A stretch of 64,000 nucleotides of DNA, from NCBI GenBank assembly GCA_963676835.2, contig CAXXFF010000003.1, forward strand, positions 224,001 to 288,000, given 5' to 3'. The notes under the pieces are model-generated. The model was given only the letters and a program-made list of their open reading frames with translations, searched no databases and had not been told where the DNA came from. Source of the DNA: Marispirochaeta sp. GTDB lineage: Bacteria; Spirochaetota; Spirochaetia; JC444; Marispirochaetaceae. This document shows positions 7,523 to 17,957 of the stretch, in pieces. The position numbers were made by a program, and so were the translations under genes. How positions within the stretch are numbered: position 1 is the stretch's first letter; each line of letters begins with the position of its first letter.

Positions 7523-9730
7523 ATGAAACGTACCCTCTCCCTGTTTCTGCTTATATTAATTTCGGCACAGTTTCTTGCTGCCCAAAATATAATCCGAACT
7601 CCCATGGGAGAAATACTCGATGACCTGGTTTATTTTAGCAGTCTCCATCCAAGACTGGAAGGGTCGAAACAGGAAAAAGCTGCATATTTATATATTAAAT
7701 CTGTTATAGATGACCTTGGCGTAAGCTATTCTGAACACAGCCTTGGAAATCTGAAGAACAACCACTCCTTTTCTTCGAGTATTATCGCAGAGATTCCCGG
7801 CCGCCAAAGTGACACCCTCAATATAATAGTGCCCATAGATCATCAGCCGGGTCTGCCAGACGATGCTGACGGTTCCTTAAGCCTTGCTCTTGGTCTCTCC
7901 ATGGTACGGGAATTTGCCCCCAGAAAGCTTGACACAGGCTTGAGAATACTTTTTCTCGGCGCCGAATATTCCGGTGAAGATCTTTCTCAACTCGGCTCAA
8001 CGGAATTCCTGAAAGATTTTTATCCCGACAGTCCCCAGTCTTTTCTGTATCTTGATGTTAAAAAAATTCCCGGGAGATTAAACCTGAGGGCCGGAGGAGA
8101 AGGAATAGTTGCTCCCTACTGGCAGGTTCGCAGAACCGTTGCAGCCCTGGAAACTTCAGGCCTTAACTATCGTTTCAAAGAAGACGAAAACCAGATTCAC
8201 CGCCTGGGTATGTGGGGAGTCCCCACCAGAATAAATCCCTATCTTCAGGCAGGCTATCCGGCATTAACCCTTGAAGGTGAGGAATACAGCAGCTCCTCGG
8301 CGGTTATCCCCTGGATCACCGGTTTCTACTCATTCTTTTTTTCCCTCATCGAGAATAACACCGACGGCTTTCCTGAACAGTGGGACAGGCACTACCTGTA
8401 CTTCAACCTGTTCGGTAAACCCTTTAGTATCGGCGAAGAGGCATACCTTTACCTGCTGCTGGCTGTTATTATTACTCCCCTTGTCTATCCGTTTTTTCTG
8501 CCCCGGAAATTCAACCGCTATCTGAGAACCCTGGGCAGAAATTTCTGGGATATACCGGTACTGATGCTCCTGATTTTCCTGTTTCTCATAGTCGGTACCT
8601 ACGGAGTACAGTTTATTCTGATGCTGCGGGGCTTCCCCTCCCTGTGGCAGCATGCACCCCTTGTGGTATTCCTGATAAAAGCAAGTATAAGCATGATTCT
8701 TTTTTTCCTCTCCTTCGGCATGCTCAAGAAGATACGCTTTTCACAAAACTCAACCTTCTACAGTTCTTCAGCCCTGTTTATGCTACTCCTGGCAATATTG
8801 ACTATATCGGTGCTTGATATTTCCATGACCTATTCCCTTCTCTGGGCTTTTGCGTTTTCCTTTATCTTCAGCATTGTCCCTAATAAATACATTAAAGCCC
8901 TGATGCTTGCCTTTTCCACGCTGCTGATTATCAATTCTCTGGCTAATGCCTTCGCGCAGGGTGCAGACAGGGTTATAGAGTTTCTTATCCTCAGCCCCTT
9001 AAAGGGTAATATCTTTCTATCCCTGCTCATTCTGCCCTTTCTACTCATGCTTATCCGTCTCGATTTTCTCTTTCGGCATCCAACCCTGATGCGTCAGAAG
9101 GTTCTTCTCAGGAACGCTGCTATTATCTTTTCCAGCATTACAATGATCGGAATACTGTTCCTTTTCGGATTCAAGCCATACAGCAAATCAAATCCTCAGC
9201 CGGTAACCATTACGGAAAACATAGATACCGGCACCAGCCTGTCGCAAATATCTGTCACCAGTCCTGCGAAGATAGAGGCACTGATTATCAGTGCGCCGAA
9301 TATAGGGCAGAAGGTAATCAGCAGTACCCGCAGTGAAGAGTTTACCCGGCATACCGAAAAGGATTATCTGGACATAGACATTTCACTGGAAAAGTTTCTC
9401 GACAGGGATAGATACCTGATTTTTCTCAATTCAGAGAATCCACCGGAAAACATCGAAATACAGTTCACAGGGTCAGAGGATTTTCTTGTGTACGATATGG
9501 ATTTCCCCTACACCCCTTCTTCCGACCGAAGGGGTGCGTTAATGCACATCGGGCATAATCCGCCTGTTCCACTGCGTTTTGAAGTGGTCTTTTTATCCGG
9601 TACAGCCAGTACAATGAACATTACTGCAGAATATGCCGGACCATTTAAGGATCTTGGAGTTCTTGGTGCGCCCTATATGATCCGGGCAACCCGCAGGGTA
9701 AATATGGAAATACCCCTACCCGTCGAGTAA
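7523..9730 (+). CDS. Multi-pass membrane protein with N-terminal M28 peptidase-like domain
   Basis: Signal peptide, HPRLEGS..E..A..YI, GYPALTL, then about 9 hydrophobic segments and a soluble C-terminal domain. Confidence 0.7.
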   Translation: MKRTLSLFLLILISAQFLAAQNIIRTPMGEILDDLVYFSSLHPRLEGSKQEKAAYLYIKSVIDDLGVSYSEHSLGNLKNNHSFSSSIIAEIPGRQSDTLNIIVPIDHQPGLPDDADGSLSLALGLSMVREFAPRKLDTGLRILFLGAEYSGEDLSQLGSTEFLKDFYPDSPQSFLYLDVKKIPGRLNLRAGGEGIVAPYWQVRRTVAALETSGLNYRFKEDENQIHRLGMWGVPTRINPYLQAGYPALTLEGEEYSSSSAVIPWITGFYSFFFSLIENNTDGFPEQWDRHYLYFNLFGKPFSIGEEAYLYLLLAVIITPLVYPFFLPRKFNRYLRTLGRNFWDIPVLMLLIFLFLIVGTYGVQFILMLRGFPSLWQHAPLVVFLIKASISMILFFLSFGMLKKIRFSQNSTFYSSSALFMLLLAILTISVLDISMTYSLLWAFAFSFIFSIVPNKYIKALMLAFSTLLIINSLANAFAQGADRVIEFLILSPLKGNIFLSLLILPFLLMLIRLDFLFRHPTLMRQKVLLRNAAIIFSSITMIGILFLFGFKPYSKSNPQPVTITENIDTGTSLSQISVTSPAKIEALIISAPNIGQKVISSTRSEEFTRHTEKDYLDIDISLEKFLDRDRYLIFLNSENPPENIEIQFTGSEDFLVYDMDFPYTPSSDRRGALMHIGHNPPVPLRFEVVFLSGTASTMNITAEYAGPFKDLGVLGAPYMIRATRRVNMEIPLPVE

Positions 9731-9743
9731 GGGAGTATTTTCA

Positions 9744-10922
9744 ATGGAGCCTGTTTTTTTTCATGTTGATCTGGATGCCTTTTACGCCTCCGTAGAAGAA
9801 CACGATAATCCCGACCTCAAAGGACTACCTGTCATTATAGGTGCACTTCCCGGCAAACGGGGTGTTGTTTCCGCCTGCTCCTATGCTGCCCGCAAGTTCG
9901 GAGTCCGTTCAGCCATGCCTGTATCCGAGGCTTACCGGCGATGCCCCCAGGGGGTTTTTATCCGCCCTCGGATGCAGAGATATCAGGAAATCTCAGCTGT
10001 GATCATGCAGTTATTCGGTGATTTTTCTCCCAGGGTACAGCAGATTTCAGTAGATGAGGCGTTCCTGGATATGTCCGGAACCCGCCGGATCTTCGGTACT
10101 CCCATACAAGCCGGAGAGCTTCTCAAAAAAACCGTAAAAGAGAAAACCGGCCTCACCGTTTCCATCGGGATAGCCTGGAACCGGTATCTGGCAAAACTTG
10201 CCAGTGATTTCAGAAAACCCGACGGTATGTACCAGGTAATCCGGGGTTCGGAAGAGGAGTTTCTCGATCAGCTGCCCCTTAAAGATATCTGGGGGCTCGG
10301 CGCAAAGGGGCGAGAACGCCTTGCGGAACTGAATATCCGGGATGTCCCAGGCCTTCGGGATTATCCGAAAGGCATACTTGCCCGACAGCTGGGCGATGCT
10401 GCAGCAGAATACCTGTATAAAGCAGTGCGGGGTATTGATCCGGGCATTTTCAATGAGGCGCCAAAATCGAGATCCATAAGCACAGAACGAACCTTTGGAA
10501 AAGATACTGCCGATGAAGAGGGGCTTACATCAACTCTCCTGGACCTGTCTCATCAGGTAATGTTCAGGATGATGCGGGAAGGATTTGTCACTCGCACAGT
10601 TGTTTTGAAAATACGATTCTCAGATTTTTCCACCAGTACTGTCAGAACAACCCTGGCTGCTCCGGTAGTCTCTGCAGAAGAGCTGTATCGTGAGGCTTTA
10701 CTGCTGTTTCGTAAACGCTGGACCAAAGGAAGAGAAGTACGCCTTATCGGAGTGGGTGCGGCCAATATAGAGAGCAGCAGATCCGCCCGTCAGACCAATC
10801 TGTTTGAAAATGCTGATGAACGTCATAAACGGGTAGAAGAAGCTGTAATGGGAATTCGGGACCGGCACAAGGAGAATACCATAATAAAAGCTCGCCTCCT
10901 TGAGCCGGGAAAATCTGACTGA
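9744..10922 (+). CDS. dinB: DNA polymerase IV
   Basis: HVDLDAFYASVE, CSYAARKFGVRSAMP, SVDEAFLD, AKLASDFRKPDG. Confidence 0.95.
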   Translation: MEPVFFHVDLDAFYASVEEHDNPDLKGLPVIIGALPGKRGVVSACSYAARKFGVRSAMPVSEAYRRCPQGVFIRPRMQRYQEISAVIMQLFGDFSPRVQQISVDEAFLDMSGTRRIFGTPIQAGELLKKTVKEKTGLTVSIGIAWNRYLAKLASDFRKPDGMYQVIRGSEEEFLDQLPLKDIWGLGAKGRERLAELNIRDVPGLRDYPKGILARQLGDAAAEYLYKAVRGIDPGIFNEAPKSRSISTERTFGKDTADEEGLTSTLLDLSHQVMFRMMREGFVTRTVVLKIRFSDFSTSTVRTTLAAPVVSAEELYREALLLFRKRWTKGREVRLIGVGAANIESSRSARQTNLFENADERHKRVEEAVMGIRDRHKENTIIKARLLEPGKSD

Positions 10923-12854
10923 TTATTCCAGTACTGATGTCTGATCCCGCGAATCAAGCACCGTCTGACCGGAAGTGCCGGTATATTGATTCAAAGGCTG
11001 AGTTACCATGTAATAGCGGTTGGTATTATTCCACAGAGTAAACCCCGAAGCCGGAGAACTGTCGGTACCTTTCAGCTGTCGCTGCAGATACTCGGTATAC
11101 TCCGGTTCCTCCATATAATACTCAAAGGGAAGCAGAAAAGCCTGAACATAAGGCCGAATCAGGCTGCGGCCTTCGGCAATACGGGAAGAGCGCACAGATC
11201 CTTCCTGATAAATCCATTCTGCCCGTTCCAGATAAGGCAGATCGTTGCGAAACTGCCGGGGAAAATGTGAGGGATAATACATGGGGCAGATTACATCCAC
11301 ATAATGACTTACCAGTTCAATATTCTGCCCTATCCAGTTACCCATGCGATACCAAGAGTTAAACCCATACAGATCAGTACTGATAGGGATAGATATTTTC
11401 TCTCTGACCATGGCTAAAAAGGATTCAAGGGCTTCTATCCGGCTCATACCGTCTCGACGATTCCTGTAGCGTGCAGTGGACAAATCTCCATCAGAAGGAA
11501 AACGGATATAGTCAAACTGAACCTCATCCACACCGCGCAGCTCCAGTTCTGCGGCAATTGCGGTGTTATAGCTCCATACTTCCTCAGAAAAAGGATCTAC
11601 CCAGAACTCCCGCTGTTCGTAACTGGTCTCTCCACTCTCTTCATCTTTTACAGGGATGCGGTTTCCCCAGGGTGCATTCCGCTTAACATCCCAAATGGCA
11701 AAGCGGTTTCCCTCGTAGTTGAACATCCGCTTGTCCTTGAAAACAACCACCCGACCAACCACGTAAATACCGCGGGCATGACAAGCCTGGATAAGCTCAT
11801 CCAGATCAAAACGGGGATTAAGGGCATTGGCATCTTTAACCTGCTTCAGATCCGAATCATAGGTGAGCCAGCCCCAGTCATCTTTCATATCAACCGTAAC
11901 CGTGTTCAGACCGTTCTCGTCGAGAAAATCAAGCTGCTTCCGGAGTTTCTCACCGGATGCATTGTTCGGATTAAGATATATCCCATACCGGCCGGAAGCT
12001 TTTTCCAGGCGACTGCTCTTTTCGACTGACAAGGAAGCACTTCCTGTATGAAAACTGCTGGAACTTCTCGTCCAGCTGCTGCCATCCCATGCATAGAGTG
12101 CTTTGTCCCCCCAGGCGGCAAGATTGCCGTTTTCAGCAAACCAGAGCCCCCTGATTTCATCTGTGTAAGGAAATTTTATGCTTTTCCAGGGGCTTTCAAG
12201 GGATTCTGCTGTATGTATTTCTGAAGTAAAGCTTGTAGCCAGGGCTATCCGGCCCTCTGCATCTGCGGCTATACCGCTGATCTCTTCATAAAAACCTGCA
12301 CCTTTATAAAGAAAAGGAACCTTTTCAGACAGCTTGGACCAGCTTTGTCCCGAATCCCGGGTTACAAAAAAGCCGTTAAATGAGGTACCGAGAAAAAAAG
12401 TGGAATCACCTGCAGGGGAAACGGAAGTAATATAGTTGCTTCCAGCCACTGGATCCTTGAGGGGGACTTCTGTAAAAGTGTCTCCATTATCGCTTGAGAT
12501 AAACAGTTCTGAACTTGTCGTAACTGCTATTCTGCCCGGTACATCCGCCGCAAGTCCAATGGATGTTAAAAGCTTTATGCCCTGATCATTGAATGGATAG
12601 ACAACGCGGCGGGGAAGTCCCTTGTTGCCGGCGGGTTGAGCGGAAGCTTCGTCAGAGCCGCTGTATACTCCATGATGGCGAAGCAAAAGATGCCAGCTGC
12701 CATCCTGACCGGGAGCCCCAACAGAGACATTTCCGGGGATATCGGCAAAACCCTCCATTGCGAAGAAGAGGGTAATAATCAAAGCTGTAATGATGAACCT
12801 TACTCTACCGGCATTGCCGTTTGGTCCGCCATTGTGGATAAATGATTCTTTCAT
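10923..12854 (-). CDS. Secreted putative glycoside hydrolase (DUF4015-like TIM barrel) with N-terminal Asp-box/beta-propeller region
   Basis: SSDNGDTF and TRDSGQSW Asp-boxes; VDMKDDWG, RVVVFKD, WVDP, DEVQFDYIRFP, PMYYPSH, RPYVQAF. Confidence 0.8.
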   Translation of the reverse strand: MKESFIHNGGPNGNAGRVRFIITALIITLFFAMEGFADIPGNVSVGAPGQDGSWHLLLRHHGVYSGSDEASAQPAGNKGLPRRVVYPFNDQGIKLLTSIGLAADVPGRIAVTTSSELFISSDNGDTFTEVPLKDPVAGSNYITSVSPAGDSTFFLGTSFNGFFVTRDSGQSWSKLSEKVPFLYKGAGFYEEISGIAADAEGRIALATSFTSEIHTAESLESPWKSIKFPYTDEIRGLWFAENGNLAAWGDKALYAWDGSSWTRSSSSFHTGSASLSVEKSSRLEKASGRYGIYLNPNNASGEKLRKQLDFLDENGLNTVTVDMKDDWGWLTYDSDLKQVKDANALNPRFDLDELIQACHARGIYVVGRVVVFKDKRMFNYEGNRFAIWDVKRNAPWGNRIPVKDEESGETSYEQREFWVDPFSEEVWSYNTAIAAELELRGVDEVQFDYIRFPSDGDLSTARYRNRRDGMSRIEALESFLAMVREKISIPISTDLYGFNSWYRMGNWIGQNIELVSHYVDVICPMYYPSHFPRQFRNDLPYLERAEWIYQEGSVRSSRIAEGRSLIRPYVQAFLLPFEYYMEEPEYTEYLQRQLKGTDSSPASGFTLWNNTNRYYMVTQPLNQYTGTSGQTVLDSRDQTSVLE

Positions 12855-12902
12855 ATGGCGATCAGCTTATCACAGCCTGACAGCTGCTGACAATCTGCAG
12901 AT

Positions 12903-14411
12903 TTATAAAGCGGTGTCGATCCAGCCTTTTGTACGTTCCACCGCCTTCAGCCACAGACCAAATCGTTTTTCTCTATCATCTTCATCCATGGAGGGAATCC
13001 ATCTGTTGTTTTCCTTCCAGTGATGACCGATCTCTTCCATTGACCGCCAGTATCCTACCGAAAGCCCTGCGGCATATGCTGCCCCCAGAGCAGTTGTTTC
13101 GGTAATTTCCGGCCGGATAACCGGTCGATTGAGAATGTCCGCCTGAAACTGCATCAACAGGCTGTTCTGTACCATTCCTCCATCTACCCTTAGCTCAGGT
13201 ATGGTAAGGCCTGAATCCTTCTCCATTGCTTCAATAAGCTCCCGGGTCTGAAAAGCCGTTGCTTCAAGCACCGCCCGGGCAATATGCCCGCTGCGGGCAT
13301 AAGCGGTTAATCCGGCAACAATCCCTCTGGCATCCGATCTCCAGTGGGGCGCAAAAAGCCCGGAAAAGGCAGGAACAAAATAGACCCCGCCATTGTCTTC
13401 AACACTGGCAGCCAATTCTTCAATTTCTGAACTGGTTTTAATAAGCCCGAGATTATCCCGCAGCCACTGAACCAGAGATCCGGTTACGGCAACAGAACCT
13501 TCGAGAGCATAACGGACAGGCTCACTGCCTTTGCGGTAGGCTACCGTGGTCAGAAGTCCATGACTCGAACGGATCAGCTCTGTTTCGGTATTCAGCAGCA
13601 GAAAGCATCCGGTACCGTAGGTATTCTTCGACTCACCCCGGGCAAAACAGGCCTGACCGAAAAGGGCAGCCTGCTGATCTCCCAGAACACCACCGATCGG
13701 TATTTCTTTGCCAAATACACCATCCGCATTAGTATACGCTATTGGATCTTCGGCAATAGAAGAGCAGATTTCAGGAAGCAAGGTTTCCGGCAGATCCCAT
13801 ATATCAAGCAGCTCCCTGTCCCAACGGCATGTTTCTATATTCATCAGCATTGTACGACTGGCATTGGTAACATCTGTAGCATGCTTGACACCACCGGAAA
13901 GTTTCCAGATAAGCCATGAGTCTATTGTGCCGAACCGCGCCCGGCCTTCCTTCATTGCGACCGCCACCTCGGGTATGTTTTCTTTAAGCCATACCAGTTT
14001 GGGTGCGGAAAAATAGGTTGCCGGGGGCAGCCCTGTCAGCTGAGTCAGCCGCTTATGGGATAGATGGACTGACTGAACAATTTTATCAGTTCTGGTGTCC
14101 TGCCATACCAGGGCATTGTAGAGGGGCCTGCCGCTTTCAGCATCCCATACCAGGGTGGTTTCCCTCTGGTTGGTTATCCCTACAGCAGCTATATCAGAGC
14201 TGTGTATACCGCTTTTTTTAAGGGTAGCCCGTATGACCGATTCCGTACGTGCCCATATTTCCTCCGGATCATGCTCAACCCATCCCGGGTTGGGAAATAT
14301 CTGGGTATGTTCCAATTGAGAGGAAGCTCTCTCCCTTCCCTGCTCATCGAAAAGAATAAACCGTGTACTGGTTGTTCCCTGATCTATAGCTCCCACATAT
14401 CTCTGTCCCAT
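12903..14411 (-). CDS. glpK: Glycerol kinase
   Basis: [48 protein letters not shown]. Confidence 0.97.
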   Translation of the reverse strand: MGQRYVGAIDQGTTSTRFILFDEQGRERASSQLEHTQIFPNPGWVEHDPEEIWARTESVIRATLKKSGIHSSDIAAVGITNQRETTLVWDAESGRPLYNALVWQDTRTDKIVQSVHLSHKRLTQLTGLPPATYFSAPKLVWLKENIPEVAVAMKEGRARFGTIDSWLIWKLSGGVKHATDVTNASRTMLMNIETCRWDRELLDIWDLPETLLPEICSSIAEDPIAYTNADGVFGKEIPIGGVLGDQQAALFGQACFARGESKNTYGTGCFLLLNTETELIRSSHGLLTTVAYRKGSEPVRYALEGSVAVTGSLVQWLRDNLGLIKTSSEIEELAASVEDNGGVYFVPAFSGLFAPHWRSDARGIVAGLTAYARSGHIARAVLEATAFQTRELIEAMEKDSGLTIPELRVDGGMVQNSLLMQFQADILNRPVIRPEITETTALGAAYAAGLSVGYWRSMEEIGHHWKENNRWIPSMDEDDREKRFGLWLKAVERTKGWIDTAL

Positions 14412-14460
14412 TTCACATGCCCCCGGGAATATAAAATTACTTGTTTATAAGCGTCAATTC

Positions 14461-14489
14461 AGGCTAAATCCGGAGACCCGCGTTGTCAA
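14461..14489 (-). promoter_or_regulatory. sigma70-like promoter of glpK
   Basis: TTGACA (14489-14484)-N17-TAGCCT (14466-14461). Confidence 0.55.
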
Positions 14490-14507
14490 GAAAGAAAGAA
14501 AGAAAGA
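14488..14507. repeat. (AAGA)5 tetranucleotide tract abutting the glpK -35
   Basis: aagaaagaaagaaagaaaga read directly. Confidence 0.8.
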
Positions 14508-14646
14508 TAAAAAGGAAGAAACGCAACTTTAGAATAAATATTTATCCACACTTCGAAGATCCGCCTGTTCACAGTTTTAAAATTTGATTTCCGCTCTGTT
14601 TGGAGTAATAATTAATAATGAGGGGAATGTTAAACGGGAGGAGAAT

Positions 14647-14865
14647 ATGCTGAGGGGAAAATATGACGAAAAAATCGGTGAGGGGTTGGTACGAATAGGA
14701 GCATTGACCAGTACACAGAAAGAAAAAATACTCTCTGTTCAGGAGAACGGAGATAAACGCCTCTTCGGGCAGATTGCAGTTGCAAACAAATTCACCAATG
14801 ATGAAACCATAAGAAACTATCTTACTGACATCCGCAGAGCCCGTCACAGCCGCAGATACTGGTAA
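14647..14865 (+). CDS. Small stand-alone MshEN-like protein
   Basis: KIGEGLVRIGALTSTQKEKILSVQ / RLFGQIAVANKF tandem motif; GGAGGAG RBS before ATG 14647. Confidence 0.65.
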   Translation: MLRGKYDEKIGEGLVRIGALTSTQKEKILSVQENGDKRLFGQIAVANKFTNDETIRNYLTDIRRARHSRRYW

Positions 14866-14938
14866 ATCCGTTTTATTACCTGTTTTTTTAACCTGCCCCA
14901 GACTTGAAGCTTTATTAAGCCATCTCTACAATAGCCCC

Positions 14939-15985
14939 GTGAAATTGAAAAAAACAATCCCCAGGCTGTTATTCCTGTTCACGCTTTTTTTTCTCTGTAC
15001 CCAACTATCTTCCTGTGCCGTACTGGGCGGAGGAAAGCAGAGAGACAGCGTCGATTTTACCAGACTTCGGGATACCCGGCCGGATTTTGTTCTCCAGAAA
15101 AGTATTCCCCCACTGGTCAGGGAATATCTGGATTATTATAAACTACCGGTATTACCTGATAGATACTATTTCGGATACATCAATTCCGGCGAATGGGCCT
15201 GCCCTGTCCACCTTTTTCTTCCTTCTGCAGAGCCAAAGGGAACTGTTTTTATTATCCACGGTTTTCTTTCTCACTTCGGTTTCTTTCAGGACCTTGTGCC
15301 CTATCTTCTAACTGAAGGATGGGCGGTTGCCGGGATTGATCTGCCCGGGCACGGCCTTGCCACAGGGGAACCAACTGCCATCAACAATTTCAGCGACTAT
15401 GGAAACGCTGTTAAAGAACTTACTCGCACTGTCCTTCCCCTGGCCCCCGGACCTTTTGCCGTAATCGGCCATTCCATGGGATGTGCGTCATTGCTTGAAT
15501 ATGCAAGAACCACCACATCTGAATTTGCAGGCTATGTGTTTATAGCCCCCCTGCTCCATTCCAGGCTTTACGCCCTCTCCCGGGCAGGATTTTATCTGGC
15601 TCGCCCGTTTATAGATTCAATACCCAGATCCTATGAGAAAACCACCTCAAACAGGGAATATCTCGATTTCAAGGAGTTTCATGACCCCCTGCAGACAGAC
15701 CGGATATCTCCATCCTGGGCTGAGGCCCTCTATCGCTGGAATACAGATATCAACGGAAAGCCGCTGCCGGATATACCGGTATACATTATACAGGGGACTC
15801 TCGACAGGGTTGTCGACTATCGCTACAACATAAAATATTTTCAGGAATATCTGCCACTCCAGGGTGTGGAATTTATTGAAGGGGCCCGTCATGAACTCCT
15901 CAAAGAGATACCCGAATACCGGGATATACTGTTTAAATCAGTTAGTGCCAGGCTCAATGAAATTTCAACCAGTCAAAAGGATTAA
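14939..15985 (+). CDS. Alpha/beta hydrolase (lysophospholipase-like), probable lipoprotein
   Basis: Lipobox LSSC, IIHGF, DLPGHGL, GHSMG, QGTLDRVV, ARHEL. Confidence 0.88.
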   Translation: MKLKKTIPRLLFLFTLFFLCTQLSSCAVLGGGKQRDSVDFTRLRDTRPDFVLQKSIPPLVREYLDYYKLPVLPDRYYFGYINSGEWACPVHLFLPSAEPKGTVFIIHGFLSHFGFFQDLVPYLLTEGWAVAGIDLPGHGLATGEPTAINNFSDYGNAVKELTRTVLPLAPGPFAVIGHSMGCASLLEYARTTTSEFAGYVFIAPLLHSRLYALSRAGFYLARPFIDSIPRSYEKTTSNREYLDFKEFHDPLQTDRISPSWAEALYRWNTDINGKPLPDIPVYIIQGTLDRVVDYRYNIKYFQEYLPLQGVEFIEGARHELLKEIPEYRDILFKSVSARLNEISTSQKD

Positions 15986-15994
15986 TCGCAGCCG

Positions 15995-17245
15995 ATGAAA
16001 AGCCTTATACGGAAATCTGCATTTTTACTGTTCCTCCTGCTGTTTCTGAACACCCTCTATTGCGAAGTTAGAAAATTCCCTCTTGTAGAGGGAACAGAAC
16101 AGGACTATTCCATTTTTCTTGTTACCACCGGCCCCGGAGAAGAAGTATATCTCTGGTGGGGGCACACAGGAATAATTGTCAGAAACAATACGACAAGGCA
16201 GGATGCCTTTTACGATTTTGGCGTGTTCAGCTTTGAAACCGACCATTTTTTCCGCAACTTTCTTATGGGAAGGCTCTGGTACATGGGTTACCGCTCTTCG
16301 GTAAATGCAAATCTAAACCGTACCATAAGAGAAGACCGCCTGCTGCGTATCCAGGAACTGCGTTTTCCTCCGGGGAAAAAGTTTGAGCTTATAGAAAACC
16401 TTGAAACAAGGGTCAGCCCCGAAAACCGGAGCTATCTCTATGATTATTACTCAGATAACTGTGCAACAAGAATACGGGATGTTCTGGACACAGCCTACGA
16501 TGGAGCCCTGAAAGCAGTCTCTGAGAAAGAAAGGCGTCAAACCCTGCGTTACCAGACCCGGCGCTATTCCGGGCGAAACCACTTTATCGAATGGGGACTG
16601 ATGTTTCTCATGGGGCCCCGCATAGACCGGAATATAAGCGGATGGGATGCAATGTTTCTGCCCGATGAGATTCCTTTATACCTGGAAGCTCTTACCATCA
16701 GCAGCGGGCCGGATGCAGGAAAAAAGGTTATTATCAGTGATACAATTACCCACAGACCGGAGGCATATACGCCTCCACCGGCAAAGCCCGGAGCATCCTG
16801 GCCTTATGCAGCAGCTTTCGGTCTACTTCTTGGGGGAATATTAATCGCTGGAAGGTTTATTCCTTCACGATTGATCCCTGCTGCGTTTCTCTTTCAGATT
16901 ATATTCCGCACTGTTCTGCTTCTTGCTGCAGTGGCAGGTTCCATACTTTTTTTTATATCCCTCTTTACCGATCATTCGGTTGCACATAATAACTGGAACC
17001 TTTTACTCCTCAACCCGCTTCACTTGTTGAGCCTGGCAGCCCCCTATAAAAGATCCGCTCCCGGCACTGATGTTAAAAAGAGAAAAAGATCTCTCCTTTT
17101 ACTCCCCTGGCTTTTCACTGCCGGGGCGGCAGTTTTACTGGGAATCAGCGGTATCGTAAAACTTATAAGTCAGGATCTTATTCAGATTGCGGCTTTTCTG
17201 CTTCCTCTGTCGCTTGGGATCCTGTTTCCTTATCTTAAAAAATGA
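15995..17245 (+). CDS. DUF4105 / Lnb-like membrane protein (putative lipoprotein N-acyltransferase)
   Basis: WGHTGI, YDFGVF, YDYYSDNCATRIRD, MFLP, C-terminal TM helices with DH..AHNNWNLL. Confidence 0.75.
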   Translation: MKSLIRKSAFLLFLLLFLNTLYCEVRKFPLVEGTEQDYSIFLVTTGPGEEVYLWWGHTGIIVRNNTTRQDAFYDFGVFSFETDHFFRNFLMGRLWYMGYRSSVNANLNRTIREDRLLRIQELRFPPGKKFELIENLETRVSPENRSYLYDYYSDNCATRIRDVLDTAYDGALKAVSEKERRQTLRYQTRRYSGRNHFIEWGLMFLMGPRIDRNISGWDAMFLPDEIPLYLEALTISSGPDAGKKVIISDTITHRPEAYTPPPAKPGASWPYAAAFGLLLGGILIAGRFIPSRLIPAAFLFQIIFRTVLLLAAVAGSILFFISLFTDHSVAHNNWNLLLLNPLHLLSLAAPYKRSAPGTDVKKRKRSLLLLPWLFTAGAAVLLGISGIVKLISQDLIQIAAFLLPLSLGILFPYLKK

Positions 17246-17296
17246 GCTTAAAAAAGTATTGATGCCCTGAAGCGGCGGCAGTATAGTGGAAGAACC

Positions 17297-17956
17297 ATGT
17301 ATACCGGACTTTTTTTCAGCTCATTCTTCGTTGCCTTTTCCGGCGCGGTAATGCCCGGGCCGCTTTTAACGGCTACCATCGGAACATCCGCCAGATGCGG
17401 CCCTTCTGCAGGGCCACTGTTTATTGCCGGACATGCAATTCTTGAGCTGGGACTGGTAGCAGCTTTGCTCATTGGCCTTGGTCCTTTTATCAACTCACAA
17501 CCTGTTTTTGTTGCCATTTCCATAATCGGATCTTTCATTATGCTCTATATGGCCATAGGTATGCTGCGAAGCCTCCCTCACCTCAGCCTGAGGGATAATG
17601 TAGAGAATAAAGATGAACAAAATAGTGAAATAAAAAAGGGCCCCTTAATAGGAGCAGGTGCTCTTCTATCTCTTTCCAACCCTTACTGGACTATATGGTG
17701 GGGAACAATAGGGCTTACATTTCTCATAAGAGCCCGTCAGGCCGGGGGCCCAGGGATCGCGAGCTTTTTCAGTGGTCATATTCTTGGCGATCTTGCCTGG
17801 TATTCATTTATTTCTTTCACCATCTGGAAAGGCAAGAGCCTTTTTACCGACCGCATCTACCGCATACTGATTGCAACCTGTGCATTGGCTCTCGGGATTT
17901 TTGGTCTCTTGTTCCTTACCGGCGGTATTCAAACTCTGCTGAAAAGACCTTTTTAA
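17297..17956 (+). CDS. LysE-family translocator
   Basis: SGAVMPGPLL, GHAILE, SNPYWTIWW, GHILGDLAWY. Confidence 0.88.
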   Translation: MYTGLFFSSFFVAFSGAVMPGPLLTATIGTSARCGPSAGPLFIAGHAILELGLVAALLIGLGPFINSQPVFVAISIIGSFIMLYMAIGMLRSLPHLSLRDNVENKDEQNSEIKKGPLIGAGALLSLSNPYWTIWWGTIGLTFLIRARQAGGPGIASFFSGHILGDLAWYSFISFTIWKGKSLFTDRIYRILIATCALALGIFGLLFLTGGIQTLLKRPF

Positions 17957-17957
17957 G

